Origin: Candidatus Xenobia bacterium
GTDB taxonomy: Bacteria; Vulcanimicrobiota; Xenobia; Xenobiales; QWHO01
Length of the DNA stretch: 38,844 nt
Direction: 5' to 3'
NCBI GenBank assembly: GCA_045863235.1
Contig: BTUM01000076.1
Location: forward strand, 1-38,844
The notes under the pieces: model-generated
What the model was told of the DNA's origin: nothing
Seen by the model: the letters and a program-made list of their open reading frames with translations, nothing else
Databases searched by the model: none
Made by a program: the position numbers and the translations under genes
Shown: positions 27,063-35,780 of the stretch, one piece after another
Layout: each line of letters begins with the position of its first letter
Position numbering within the stretch: position 1 is the stretch's first letter

Positions 27063-28694
27063 ATGAGCAAGCAGGTCATCTTGTCGGCAATGCTTTGTCT
27101 GAGCTTGTCTGGATTGAGTTCCTCCCAGAGCGAGGAGCCTGTTCAGGCCAGCAGGGACGCGTCCAATCCTTCGCAGATTCTTCAACCGATCGCCCCCGGG
27201 GCCATCCTCAAGCCCCTCCCGGCGACGGGCGCTCAAGCGCCCTCCAGCAATCTCGTGGACCTTCAGCCGGGCAAGACCCTGCAAGCCCTGCCAGCCGACA
27301 GCCCGAAGCCTGAGACCAGCAGCCTCGTGAACCAGAAACCCGCCCCGGCACTGCCCCCGGTCGAGCTGAAGCCGGGGGCTCTTCCGGCTGAGAGTTCGGT
27401 GACTGCCTCGGGCCTGCGCCAGGAGGGCGTGGGTCGAACCGGACGTCCCATCTTGAGGGGACCGGTTTCGCTCAGCAACGCCCTCGAGATCGGGCTGGCC
27501 AACAGCCTGGGAGTTTCCCTGGCGACCTCCGAGGTCGAGACGGCCCGGGCCAATACGTTGAAGGCCGGCTCCGAAGGCCAGGTGGCCGTCGCCACCGACT
27601 TCCAGAAGGTTCGTGGCGAAGCCGGCCGCATGTGGGATGCCTCCCCTACCCTCAACACCGGCCTGGTCACCGCCGGCGCTCCCGAGACTCTGGGAGTGGT
27701 TCGGGCCCGCGTCTCCTACCCGATCTGGGGCGGTGCCTTCGGCCAACGAATGGCCGCCGCAGACGCGGCCGAGAAGCGAGCCATGGCCCGCCTGGCCCTT
27801 TCGGTACGAGATTCGGCCCGCAAGATTCGCCGCGGCTATTTCCAGGTTCTGCTCGAGCGCGAACGCCTTCAGGTTGCCGTGGACGAGCTCAAAGCCCGCG
27901 AAGTGCTCGTGGAGCTGTCGCGCGAGAAGCTCAAGGCGGGCAAGGTAGCCCCCTTCGTGGTCAACCGCCACGAGAGCGAGCTGGCCGCCGCCGAGCAGCG
28001 ACTGAACGTGGCTCGAGCCGGTCTCACCTCGGCCGAGGCCGCCCTCAAGGCTACGCTCGGGATCGAGGTTTCCAGCATCCTGTCTTATCCCGACGAGTTC
28101 GAGATCCCGCCCCCCAGCGGCGCCCAGGAGCAGCTGCTGGCCGAAGCGCTGGACAATCGACCCGACCTGGTGGCAGCCCGCTATGGGGTCGAGGAGGGGG
28201 CTCACCGGGTGGATGCGGCCAGCGCCGACTACGGACCCCAGCTGAACCTGGGCGCCCAGTACAGCACCATCGGCAACGGCGGGCTGGCCGCCGACTCGAG
28301 CTACGTCGGCCAGTTCTCGACCGGGCTCACGCTCTCGGTGCCGCTCTTCGACGGCGGCAACCAGGAAGCCGAGGTCTCCCGGGCTCAGGCCCTCAAGAAG
28401 TCGCGCGAGCTGCAACTGGCCGACCTGGAGCTGGAGGTGACCCGCCAGGTGGTGGATGTCCAGGCCCGCTACCAGGCCGCCGAGGCCAACCAGAAGCTGT
28501 CCGAGGACGCCCGCCTGCGGGCCGAGGAGGATCTGCGCATCTCCACCATGCGCTACGAGGTCGGCCAGGGCGACCCGATGGAGGTGCTCGACACCCTCAC
28601 AGCCACCTCTCGCATGCGCCTGAGCGCGGTGCAGGCCGCATACGACGCCAATGTGCTGTATGCCGACCTGCTCTACTTCACCGGCCGACTCTAA
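27063..28694 (+). CDS. TolC-family outer-membrane efflux protein
   Basis: Signal peptide and Pro-rich N-terminus; ALDNRPDL, PQLNL, LSVPLFDGG, RYEVG. Confidence 0.88.
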   Translation: MSKQVILSAMLCLSLSGLSSSQSEEPVQASRDASNPSQILQPIAPGAILKPLPATGAQAPSSNLVDLQPGKTLQALPADSPKPETSSLVNQKPAPALPPVELKPGALPAESSVTASGLRQEGVGRTGRPILRGPVSLSNALEIGLANSLGVSLATSEVETARANTLKAGSEGQVAVATDFQKVRGEAGRMWDASPTLNTGLVTAGAPETLGVVRARVSYPIWGGAFGQRMAAADAAEKRAMARLALSVRDSARKIRRGYFQVLLERERLQVAVDELKAREVLVELSREKLKAGKVAPFVVNRHESELAAAEQRLNVARAGLTSAEAALKATLGIEVSSILSYPDEFEIPPPSGAQEQLLAEALDNRPDLVAARYGVEEGAHRVDAASADYGPQLNLGAQYSTIGNGGLAADSSYVGQFSTGLTLSVPLFDGGNQEAEVSRAQALKKSRELQLADLELEVTRQVVDVQARYQAAEANQKLSEDARLRAEEDLRISTMRYEVGQGDPMEVLDTLTATSRMRLSAVQAAYDANVLYADLLYFTGRL

Positions 28695-28713
28695 ATCTCG
28701 CGACGACCGACCT

Positions 28714-29064
28714 TCACTTCTGGGCTTTCGACCGGACCGGCGTGAACAGGATGGGCGGCTCGGGCATCTCGATCTCGTCGGCCACGAACAGGGCCCGACG
28801 GAAAATCTGCCCCTGGGCCGAGGGGTTGGAAGCCACCGCCTGGTGCAACGTGGGCGGATTTCTGACCAGCTCCTGGCTGAGCTGGCGCAACAGCTCCAGG
28901 GCGTGCTCCACCCGGTGCTCGTCGCGGGGGCGCTCCCGGGCGGCGGTCGGGGCCACGGGCTGAGGCTGGGGAGGGGGCTGAGGAACTCCCAGCATCTTGA
29001 GGAACTCCATGGCCGCTGGTAGGAGGTAGGGCGAGGGTGCGCGGCTCAGATCATAATCGTTCAC
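28714..29064 (-). CDS. Hypothetical protein, third gene of a three-gene operon
   Basis: 116 aa; GTGA overlap with the upstream gene at 29061-29064. Confidence 0.65.
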   Translation of the reverse strand: MNDYDLSRAPSPYLLPAAMEFLKMLGVPQPPPQPQPVAPTAARERPRDEHRVEHALELLRQLSQELVRNPPTLHQAVASNPSAQGQIFRRALFVADEIEMPEPPILFTPVRSKAQK

Positions 29065-30296
29065 TTGTTCTTCTTCCCGCTGCTCATATGGTTGTTAAAG
29101 TGGCGCTGGTAGACGTTGCGGGCCGGAGGAGGCGACTCAGGTCGGGCGGCTGGACGAGTATTGGCCGCCGCCGGCACCGAGGCCACCCCGCTTGACCGCA
29201 GGGGCGCAAAGGTGAATGCCGTGGTCAGACCCCGACCGCGCGTGTCGGTGCCGTCAAAACCGCGGGCCGTGCCATAGCTGTCGGTCGCCCGCACATTGTC
29301 CACGAACACGGCGTGACTCGCGTTCCAGGCCACGACCGAGTCCTGACCGCTCAGGGTGCGGGGGTCGACCTGGACCACCTGGTTCGAAAGGCCAAGGAAT
29401 CGGGCCGAATCGTAGGGATTGTCGCCATCGGCCAGCGAGTTGAGAGCCTGCGCGTAGCTGGTGGAGCCCTCGTGGCCCTCGAGTTGAGCCCGCTTGGCCA
29501 TGGCGGCGTAGGCCACGGTGGCCTGCTGCAGGCCCGGCCCGGACCCGGTGAAGTTGCTCTGCTGCTGGGCCATGGCCAGCTCCTGGCCGGAGACGTCCAC
29601 GGTCACGCCATCTTGCATGGTGATGCGGTAGCCGCCATCAGGCAGTTGGGTGACCTGACGGAAGAGCTGATCGCCGTAAGCGTCGGTGGCCGCCTTGATG
29701 GTGGCCACGGCGGCGCAGTTGCCCTCGGCCCCCTGGCCCCAGCCCTGCATGTCGGCCGGACCGCTGATGGCGTCAGGGGCCAGCGAGTTGCCCGAAAGCT
29801 GCTGGCTCTGGCCCTCGGAGAAGCTTGCGTTGCCGTTGCCATTGAATCCGCCCGACAGGGAGCCGGGCTGTGCCCCATTGCCCCCCGGCTGGGCCGAGGA
29901 CCCCGAGGACCCCGAGGATCCGGCCGACCCCTCCTGGGCCTGGGAAACGTCGTCTGCGTCTCCCAGGGCGGCGCGCACCAGCGACTCCACTACCGGGCTG
30001 AGCTGCACCTGCTGCTGCACGGCCCGGCCGTACTCGGAAGACAACCCGGCGCGAAGGTCGGTGACCACCTCCGGGGGGGCCTTGATCAGCTGGTGGCGCA
30101 GCACGTTCTGAGCGCTCTGGCCCAGCTTCAGGTTCCAGCCGTCCTGCGAGCTCCAGGTGGCGGCCGGGCCGGCCGGGCTTCCGGGAACGGCCATGGGTGC
30201 AAACATGCGGCTGGCGTTGGCCAGTATGGCATCCATCTCGTCCATGCGAGCAACTCCGGGAGTCTCGCTATCGGACCGGTTGGAAAGGATCTCCAT
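29061..30296 (-). CDS. Hypothetical protein with putative papain-like cysteine peptidase domain
   Basis: Start re-called at ATG 30296 after AAGGAGG; Gly/Ser/Asn low-complexity linker, then QGAEGNC...HAVFV...D. Confidence 0.7.
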   Translation of the reverse strand: MEILSNRSDSETPGVARMDEMDAILANASRMFAPMAVPGSPAGPAATWSSQDGWNLKLGQSAQNVLRHQLIKAPPEVVTDLRAGLSSEYGRAVQQQVQLSPVVESLVRAALGDADDVSQAQEGSAGSSGSSGSSAQPGGNGAQPGSLSGGFNGNGNASFSEGQSQQLSGNSLAPDAISGPADMQGWGQGAEGNCAAVATIKAATDAYGDQLFRQVTQLPDGGYRITMQDGVTVDVSGQELAMAQQQSNFTGSGPGLQQATVAYAAMAKRAQLEGHEGSTSYAQALNSLADGDNPYDSARFLGLSNQVVQVDPRTLSGQDSVVAWNASHAVFVDNVRATDSYGTARGFDGTDTRGRGLTTAFTFAPLRSSGVASVPAAANTRPAARPESPPPARNVYQRHFNNHMSSGKKNK

Positions 30297-30927
30297 CGTG
30301 TGCCTCCTTGGATCGTTGCCTGCCGGGGCGCACGCGCGGGGGACGCCCAATGGGCAGATGGAAGTATTCCAGCGTCTCCAGGTCGATGAGGTGCGTGCCG
30401 GTATCGTCGGTGAAGTTGTAGACGTAGCGAGAAGAAAGTCCCTGGCGCAGCATGCTGACCCGAGCGATGACCGGCTCGATGCCGCCCCTGGTATCATAGA
30501 CCAGCAAAGGCTCGCCCGGGTTGTCCTGGTAGATGATGCGGCCATTGGGAAGGGAGATGAGCATCTTGCCGGTCAGGCGCTCTTCTTGAATGACGCCGCT
30601 CTGGTTGTTGATCAGGCGAATCTTGCCGTCTTCGTAGTTGCGCAACGAGCGCCCGTCCTGCAAAGAGGACTCGTCGTACTCGCTAAAGGCGTCGCGAATG
30701 TTGTCGAGGTGGGTTCCGGGAGCGTCCTGCAGAGCTTCGGGCCCGCTCGACCCGGCCTCGGGCTCAAACTGAAGTCCGAAGAAGTCGCGTTGACCGCGGT
30801 CGCTGCGGGAGGTCTCACTGGCCGGCATCATCCGGGCCGCCTGCTCGAGAGCGGTCAGGAGAAAGGCGAAACCTCTCAAGAGGTCTCGCTTGTCGATGAC
30901 CGAGCCGGACTGGGTTGCGTTTCTCAT
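30268..30927 (-). CDS. Hypothetical protein, first gene of the operon
   Basis: 219 aa; GC3-rich codons; follows an AT-rich intergenic region; overlaps the next gene by 29 nt. Confidence 0.7.
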   Translation of the reverse strand: MRNATQSGSVIDKRDLLRGFAFLLTALEQAARMMPASETSRSDRGQRDFFGLQFEPEAGSSGPEALQDAPGTHLDNIRDAFSEYDESSLQDGRSLRNYEDGKIRLINNQSGVIQEERLTGKMLISLPNGRIIYQDNPGEPLLVYDTRGGIEPVIARVSMLRQGLSSRYVYNFTDDTGTHLIDLETLEYFHLPIGRPPRVRPGRQRSKEAHDGDPFQPVR

Positions 30928-31015
30928 CCGCTATCAGGATGCGTCACGCGCAGGACTCAAAGCAACCTGTTCAGGTTTCTTAAATGATCCAAACCTTGCT
31001 CGAATATTAACTCAA

Positions 31016-31031
31016 GTTACGACCTCGTAAC
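31016..31031. promoter_or_regulatory. Palindromic operator-like site GTTACGA-cc-TCGTAAC
   Basis: Perfect 7-2-7 dyad in an AT-rich intergenic region upstream of the 30927 operon; second dyad AACCTG-tt-CAGGTT at 30964-30977. Confidence 0.5.
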
Positions 31032-31050
31032 ATCTGATTTCATAAGCCGT

Positions 31051-31932
31051 TCACATTCCGCGCTTTCGGGCCACCAGAAAGCGAGTCGCCCCCTCGAGGT
31101 AGCCCGCCCGCACGAGCATGTCGTCGAGCAACTTCCACCAGGGCAGCTCGTAAAAGGCGTCCCCCGCGGTCATGTCCTTGACCTTGAGGTCCACAAACGC
31201 GCGCTGGCGGCTGTGGTGAAGTACGTCCAGGTGGCGAGCCAGAAAGGCGTACACGTCGGCCTCGGGTGGGGCCGCGGTCGGGCGATGGCCGCGAGCGAGA
31301 TCGTGCAGGTAGAGATCCTCGAGTTTGCGGCGCTCGCTCCAGGCATCGCTCATCTTGCCTCGGAAACGGGCCCGGCGAAACATCAGGCGACTGAGCTTCT
31401 CGAGGTTGCGCGCGGGGGGCTCGGTGGCATCATAGTAGATGAAGAGGCCACCGGGTCGAAGCGCCTCCAACAAGCGCTCCAGCAGCTCCAGCGGTTTTTC
31501 CAGCGAGCCCAGCACGAAGAATGCCACCGCTACGTCCAGCGAGCGAGGGTCGAACTCCAACTCGGCCAGATCGGCTGGCACATACTCGATGTGACCTTTC
31601 AGGCTGCGCCGCCTGGCGGCGTAGGAGCGGGCCCACTCGAGCGCCTCGGGATCTTTGTCGATGGCGCGAATGCGGGCCTGCGGGTTGCGCCGAGCCACTT
31701 CCAGCGAGAACCAGCCCGAGCCGCAGCCAAGGTCGGCCACGTCGGGAGCGCGGGAGGCAAAGTCCAGAGCCATGTTGACCAGTCCCGGACCGTACAGGGC
31801 CGAGCGCATGAGCACGACCGGATTGTGCAGGTCGGGATTCTGCAGACCGAAGAACTTCTTCAACCCGTGCATGAAGCCCGAGCCCTCGGGCGGGTGCTCG
31901 AGCAAGAAGGTGGATTTGGCTTCCTGAACCAC
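31051..31932 (-). CDS. Class I SAM-dependent methyltransferase
   Basis: Motif I VADLGCGSG, AIDKD, LRPGG; start uncertain (GTG 31932 or ATG 31872). Confidence 0.85.
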   Translation of the reverse strand: MVQEAKSTFLLEHPPEGSGFMHGLKKFFGLQNPDLHNPVVLMRSALYGPGLVNMALDFASRAPDVADLGCGSGWFSLEVARRNPQARIRAIDKDPEALEWARSYAARRRSLKGHIEYVPADLAELEFDPRSLDVAVAFFVLGSLEKPLELLERLLEALRPGGLFIYYDATEPPARNLEKLSRLMFRRARFRGKMSDAWSERRKLEDLYLHDLARGHRPTAAPPEADVYAFLARHLDVLHHSRQRAFVDLKVKDMTAGDAFYELPWWKLLDDMLVRAGYLEGATRFLVARKRGM

Positions 31933-31948
31933 GCCGCGAGCCTTCGAG

Positions 31949-32587
31949 CTAAGGTTTGCGCACTTCCTTCCAGAAGTCTTCCAGTTCCCGACCGATGGCC
32001 TCGCCCGCCTCGCGCATTCCCTCGCGGATCTGATCCAGACCCTCTTGAATCTGCCGCTTGGCATCCTGACGGGCCACGTGGCTCTGCAACTGGTCGAGTT
32101 GCTGGAAGGTGTCGATGCGCAGCGGCTGGGCCCCCTCGGCATGCACGTAGAAAACGGGATCACCCTGCATCAGCTCCTGAAGAGCCCGCTCGGGGGTGGC
32201 CGCTCGGGTGCCGATGATGGCTTCCTGACGCAGGCCCCCGCCATACTTCGCCGAGATCTCCTGCAACGAGCGCAGGTCGCGCAGGGCGCCGCGCTGCTGG
32301 CTGCTGAGCTGGTCCATCTGCAAAGGAGGGGGCTCACGAGTCTGAATGACCACCCCGGCCCCGATCAAGCCGACCAGGGTCAGCCCTACCCCCAGAGCCA
32401 GTCCCTTCCCAAAGCCGCTGCGGGCCTGGGCGGGCGGCTCGTGCACCTTCGGAGGCGGGATCAGTTGCGGTGGCTGGACGCCGGTCTGGTAACTCTCGTG
32501 CGGTCCAACAGAGCTCTGGAGGGCGCTGCGGCGGGGAGGCGGATTGTGTTGAATCTGGCTAACGCCAGGGATCGTGCTGTCGGCCAT
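31949..32587 (-). CDS. Hypothetical single-pass membrane protein
   Basis: Pro/Gln-rich N-terminus, TM segment GLALGVGLTLVGLIGAGVVI, helical C-terminus. Confidence 0.75.
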   Translation of the reverse strand: MADSTIPGVSQIQHNPPPRRSALQSSVGPHESYQTGVQPPQLIPPPKVHEPPAQARSGFGKGLALGVGLTLVGLIGAGVVIQTREPPPLQMDQLSSQQRGALRDLRSLQEISAKYGGGLRQEAIIGTRAATPERALQELMQGDPVFYVHAEGAQPLRIDTFQQLDQLQSHVARQDAKRQIQEGLDQIREGMREAGEAIGRELEDFWKEVRKP

Positions 32588-32602
32588 GGGCGGAGTATAT
32601 CA

Positions 32603-33892
32603 TCAAACCGGCCGGCGAGCCAGGGGCATGGTCATGCAGTGGGGTCCTCCCCGGGCCCGCGAGAGCTCGTGGCCCGGGATGAGGATCTGATACTTCTTCC
32701 CCTCCTCCAGCCGCTGGCCGCCTCCGATCAGCTCCTCGGCGTGCACCGGCAGATAACCTCGCTTGGCGAGCTCTTCGGTGGTGCGCTGGTTGCGCTCGTA
32801 CATGGTGATGACCCCGGGTGCCAGGGCGAAGGCGTTGGCCCCGTCGGTCCACTGCTCGCGCTGCTGCAAGATTCGGTCTTCAGGCCCGCCGCAACAAACC
32901 GGCTCGAGCTCGATCCCTTCTTCGTGCAAAGCCTCGAGCAAGGACGACTTGAGCTCGGAATGCACGTGCCCGCGCCGCAGGTCCTTCTTGATCACGGGCA
33001 GAAGCTCGGCCCCGCCGGGCATGAACATGGGGGGGTAGACCAGGCACTCGTGCTCGCTGATCTGGCTGAAGACCGTATCCAGATGCATGGCCGCCCGCTG
33101 CTTGGGCATCAGCACCATCAGAATCGTCTCGATGGAGGTTCGCCCGATCAGGGCGTTGGCCACCAGCTCGATGGAGCTCTCGTAGGTGCGCTCGCTGGCC
33201 CCGATCGCCAGCACCTTGTCGCTCAAAACGGCGATATCGCCACCTTCCAGCCCCGGAATCACCCTTCGTCGGCGGAACACCGGGTGGTGGGTGGCCCGGA
33301 AGAAGAAGCGGTCTCTCTCGACCAGCATCAATCGCGGGTGGAAGGCGTAGATGTAGTAGAGGATCAAGGGCTCGCGGCGCCGGGCCGGCATGGCCATGGA
33401 GCAAAGGATTGCGCCATCTTGAGTCACCACCAGGGGATCGCGGGTGAACAGCAGGTTGGGCAGCGGGGTCAGCACGTAGGGCACGTCGGGAGTGACCAGG
33501 TGAGCCACCACCTCGGGATCGACCTCGAGCCCCCCCACCGCTACGGCTGCCAGTTCCCGGGCGGGCAGCTCCTTCAGGCGATCCACCGTGGGGATGGCCA
33601 GCCTCTCGAGGAAGGCCAGCTCTTCCAGAAACGAGGTGCGCACGCTCTCTTGCTCGAGCGCCTCGGCCAGCATGTCCTGCAGATCGACCACCTCGTCGGC
33701 AACCAGGGCCAGCACCTGGCGAAAGATATCGTGCTCCTGGCGAGCCCGGGGGCCGTGCAGGATGTCCTCGAACAACAGCTCCTCCATCATCGAGGGCACC
33801 ATGCGGTCCACTTCAGGCCCCGGACGGTGAAGCATGACCTGCTTCAGCCGGCCGATCTCGGAAGTAACGCTCAGTTGAATGGGAGGAGCCAT
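32603..33892 (-). CDS. arcA: Arginine deiminase
   Basis: VTSEIGRLKQVMLHRPG, LLFEDI, PLPNLLFTRD, LEGGD, MHLDTVF, EQWTDGAN, ELSRARGGPHCMTMP (catalytic Cys); start re-called at ATG 33892. Confidence 0.93.
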   Translation of the reverse strand: MAPPIQLSVTSEIGRLKQVMLHRPGPEVDRMVPSMMEELLFEDILHGPRARQEHDIFRQVLALVADEVVDLQDMLAEALEQESVRTSFLEELAFLERLAIPTVDRLKELPARELAAVAVGGLEVDPEVVAHLVTPDVPYVLTPLPNLLFTRDPLVVTQDGAILCSMAMPARRREPLILYYIYAFHPRLMLVERDRFFFRATHHPVFRRRRVIPGLEGGDIAVLSDKVLAIGASERTYESSIELVANALIGRTSIETILMVLMPKQRAAMHLDTVFSQISEHECLVYPPMFMPGGAELLPVIKKDLRRGHVHSELKSSLLEALHEEGIELEPVCCGGPEDRILQQREQWTDGANAFALAPGVITMYERNQRTTEELAKRGYLPVHAEELIGGGQRLEEGKKYQILIPGHELSRARGGPHCMTMPLARRPV

Positions 33893-33984
33893 GATTTGGG
33901 AGTATCGGCACGATCCTGAAGGATCCTCCGCGCCGGAGCGGAACACGCAGAAGGATTTCATCGCGAGGGAGAGGCTGACAGGCT

Positions 33985-34905
33985 TTGCCGACATCTTTGA
34001 TCTGGGGAGGGTTCGCCCTCTTCGTGCTGGGGATGCTGGCACTGGATCTGGGGGTCTTCCATCGCAAACCCCGTAAAATCTCCGTCCGCGAGGCGGTGGG
34101 CTGGAGCATTTTCTGGATCGCCCTCGGGGTGGCCTTCAACTTCTGGGTCTACCACAACATGGGCCCCAAGGCGGGCCTGGAGTTCCTGGCCGGCTATTTG
34201 CTCGAGAAGGCCCTCAGCGTGGACAACCTGTTCGTCTTCCTGCTGGTCTTCAACTACTTCTCGGTGCCCGCCCAGTACCAGCACCGGGTGCTCTTCTGGG
34301 GCATTCTGGGGGCCCTGGTCATGCGAGCCGTCTTCATCTTGCTGGGCGTCTCCATCGTGGCCACCTTCCACTGGGTGCTCTATCTCTTCGGGATGTTCCT
34401 GGTGTACAGCGGCATCAAGATGGCCTTCTCCAAGGACGAGGAGATCAACCCCGAGGACAATCCGGTGGTTCTGTGGGTCAAGCGCCACATCCCGGTCAGC
34501 ACCAGCTACGACGGCACCAAGATGTTCACCCGCATCGACGGCAAGCTGCACGCCACTCCCCTCTTCATCGTCCTGCTGGTGATCGAGACCACCGACGTCC
34601 TTTTCGCAGTCGACTCCATTCCGGCCGTGTTCGGTGTGACCACCAACCCCTTCATCATCTTCTCCTCCAACGTGATGGCCATTCTGGGCTTGCGGGCGCT
34701 CTACTTCGCCCTGGCCGGGTTGATGGATCTGTTCGCCTACCTTAAAATGGGTCTATCGCTCGTACTGGTCTTCATCGGCGCCAAGATGCTGATCGAGCAC
34801 TGGTTCGACATGCCAACGCCCTGGGCCCTGGGAGTGATCGGGATGGTGCTGGTGGTCTCCATCGGCGCCTCCCTGTTATTCCCGCCCCGCAAGGAGGAAG
34901 AGTGA
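33985..34905 (+). CDS. TerC/Alx family membrane protein
   Basis: LALDLGVFHR, GYLLEKALSVDNLFVF, QHRVLFWGILGALVMR, ETTDVLFAVDSIPA, AILGLRALYF. Confidence 0.95.
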   Translation: MPTSLIWGGFALFVLGMLALDLGVFHRKPRKISVREAVGWSIFWIALGVAFNFWVYHNMGPKAGLEFLAGYLLEKALSVDNLFVFLLVFNYFSVPAQYQHRVLFWGILGALVMRAVFILLGVSIVATFHWVLYLFGMFLVYSGIKMAFSKDEEINPEDNPVVLWVKRHIPVSTSYDGTKMFTRIDGKLHATPLFIVLLVIETTDVLFAVDSIPAVFGVTTNPFIIFSSNVMAILGLRALYFALAGLMDLFAYLKMGLSLVLVFIGAKMLIEHWFDMPTPWALGVIGMVLVVSIGASLLFPPRKEEE

Positions 34906-35777
34906 AGCGACCGACCTGGTGCTTGCTCCTGCTACTCTCACTGGCCTTGCCCGGCCTGGCCCGGGAATGGTTCCGCCCCCTCTACGTGGGACGCGAGTTC
35001 GTCAACCCCGACCTGACCCCCCAGCGAGCCCTGAGGCACTACCGGCCGGCCTGGCAGGGCCAGCTCGTGCTGTGGGAAGGGGTGGTCAAGAGCCATGCTC
35101 CCGGCCGCCTGGAGCTGAGCACCGGGGCCGGACCGGTCGTCGTCCGCTTTGCCAAGGAGGCCCGCAACCTGGAGCTCGACCGTACCGGCTACCGGGTCGC
35201 CGTCAAGGGCACCTGCCGCTACGACAAGGAGGCGTTTCAACGTTTGGATGGCCAGTCCGTCATCCTGCTTGGCCCGCCCCGGGGGCACACCCGTCCGGGC
35301 ACCGGACCGCAGGCCTTCTTCGAGTGGTGGGTGAGCTTCCACAACCCCAAGGACCCGCCCGAGCGGGTGCGCCAGATCGCTTCCACGCTCGTGGCCGAGG
35401 CCGCCAGGAACAACCTGGACCCGTACCTCTTCGCTTCGCTGGTGCAGATCGAGTCGGCCTTTGACGTGGACGCCGTTTCCGTCAGTGGCGCCGTGGGGCT
35501 GGGCCAGCTGATGCCGGGCACGGCCCAGGGGCTGGGCGTCGATCCCAACGATGTAACCCAGAACCTGGCCGGATCGGCCCGCATGCTGCGCGGGCTGATT
35601 CAGAGCTGGCAGGGCAGCTCGGACAACCCGGTAGCCCTGGCCCTGGCGGGCTACAATGCCGGGCCCAACCTGGTCGCCGAGCTTGGCACCGTGCCGGCCT
35701 ATCCTCAGACCACCAACTACGTCTACTTCATCGGCTACGTGCACCAGCGCATGAGCAAGTTCGCCGGCGTTCGCTAG
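34902..35777 (+). CDS. Exported lytic transglycosylase (SLT domain)
   Basis: Signal peptide; IESAF, AVSVSGAVGLGQLMPGTA, ALAGYNAGP, TTNYV. Confidence 0.9.
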   Translation: MKRPTWCLLLLLSLALPGLAREWFRPLYVGREFVNPDLTPQRALRHYRPAWQGQLVLWEGVVKSHAPGRLELSTGAGPVVVRFAKEARNLELDRTGYRVAVKGTCRYDKEAFQRLDGQSVILLGPPRGHTRPGTGPQAFFEWWVSFHNPKDPPERVRQIASTLVAEAARNNLDPYLFASLVQIESAFDVDAVSVSGAVGLGQLMPGTAQGLGVDPNDVTQNLAGSARMLRGLIQSWQGSSDNPVALALAGYNAGPNLVAELGTVPAYPQTTNYVYFIGYVHQRMSKFAGVR

Positions 35778-35780
35778 GAC

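Noticed and set aside
30297..30545. Extended N-termini of ORF 29061-30545, and likewise 31051-32163 and 32603-34042
   Set aside because: They overlap neighbouring genes; better internal starts are supported by an RBS or by where family motifs begin
33901..33930. sigma28 promoter for arcA (GCCGATAC on the minus strand)
   Set aside because: No properly spaced TAAA-type -35 element
33893..33984. yybP-ykoY (Mn) riboswitch upstream of the TerC/Alx gene
   Set aside because: Only a GGGAGTA-like stretch is present; the other conserved elements and closing helix were not found, and the stretch doubles as the arcA -10-like site
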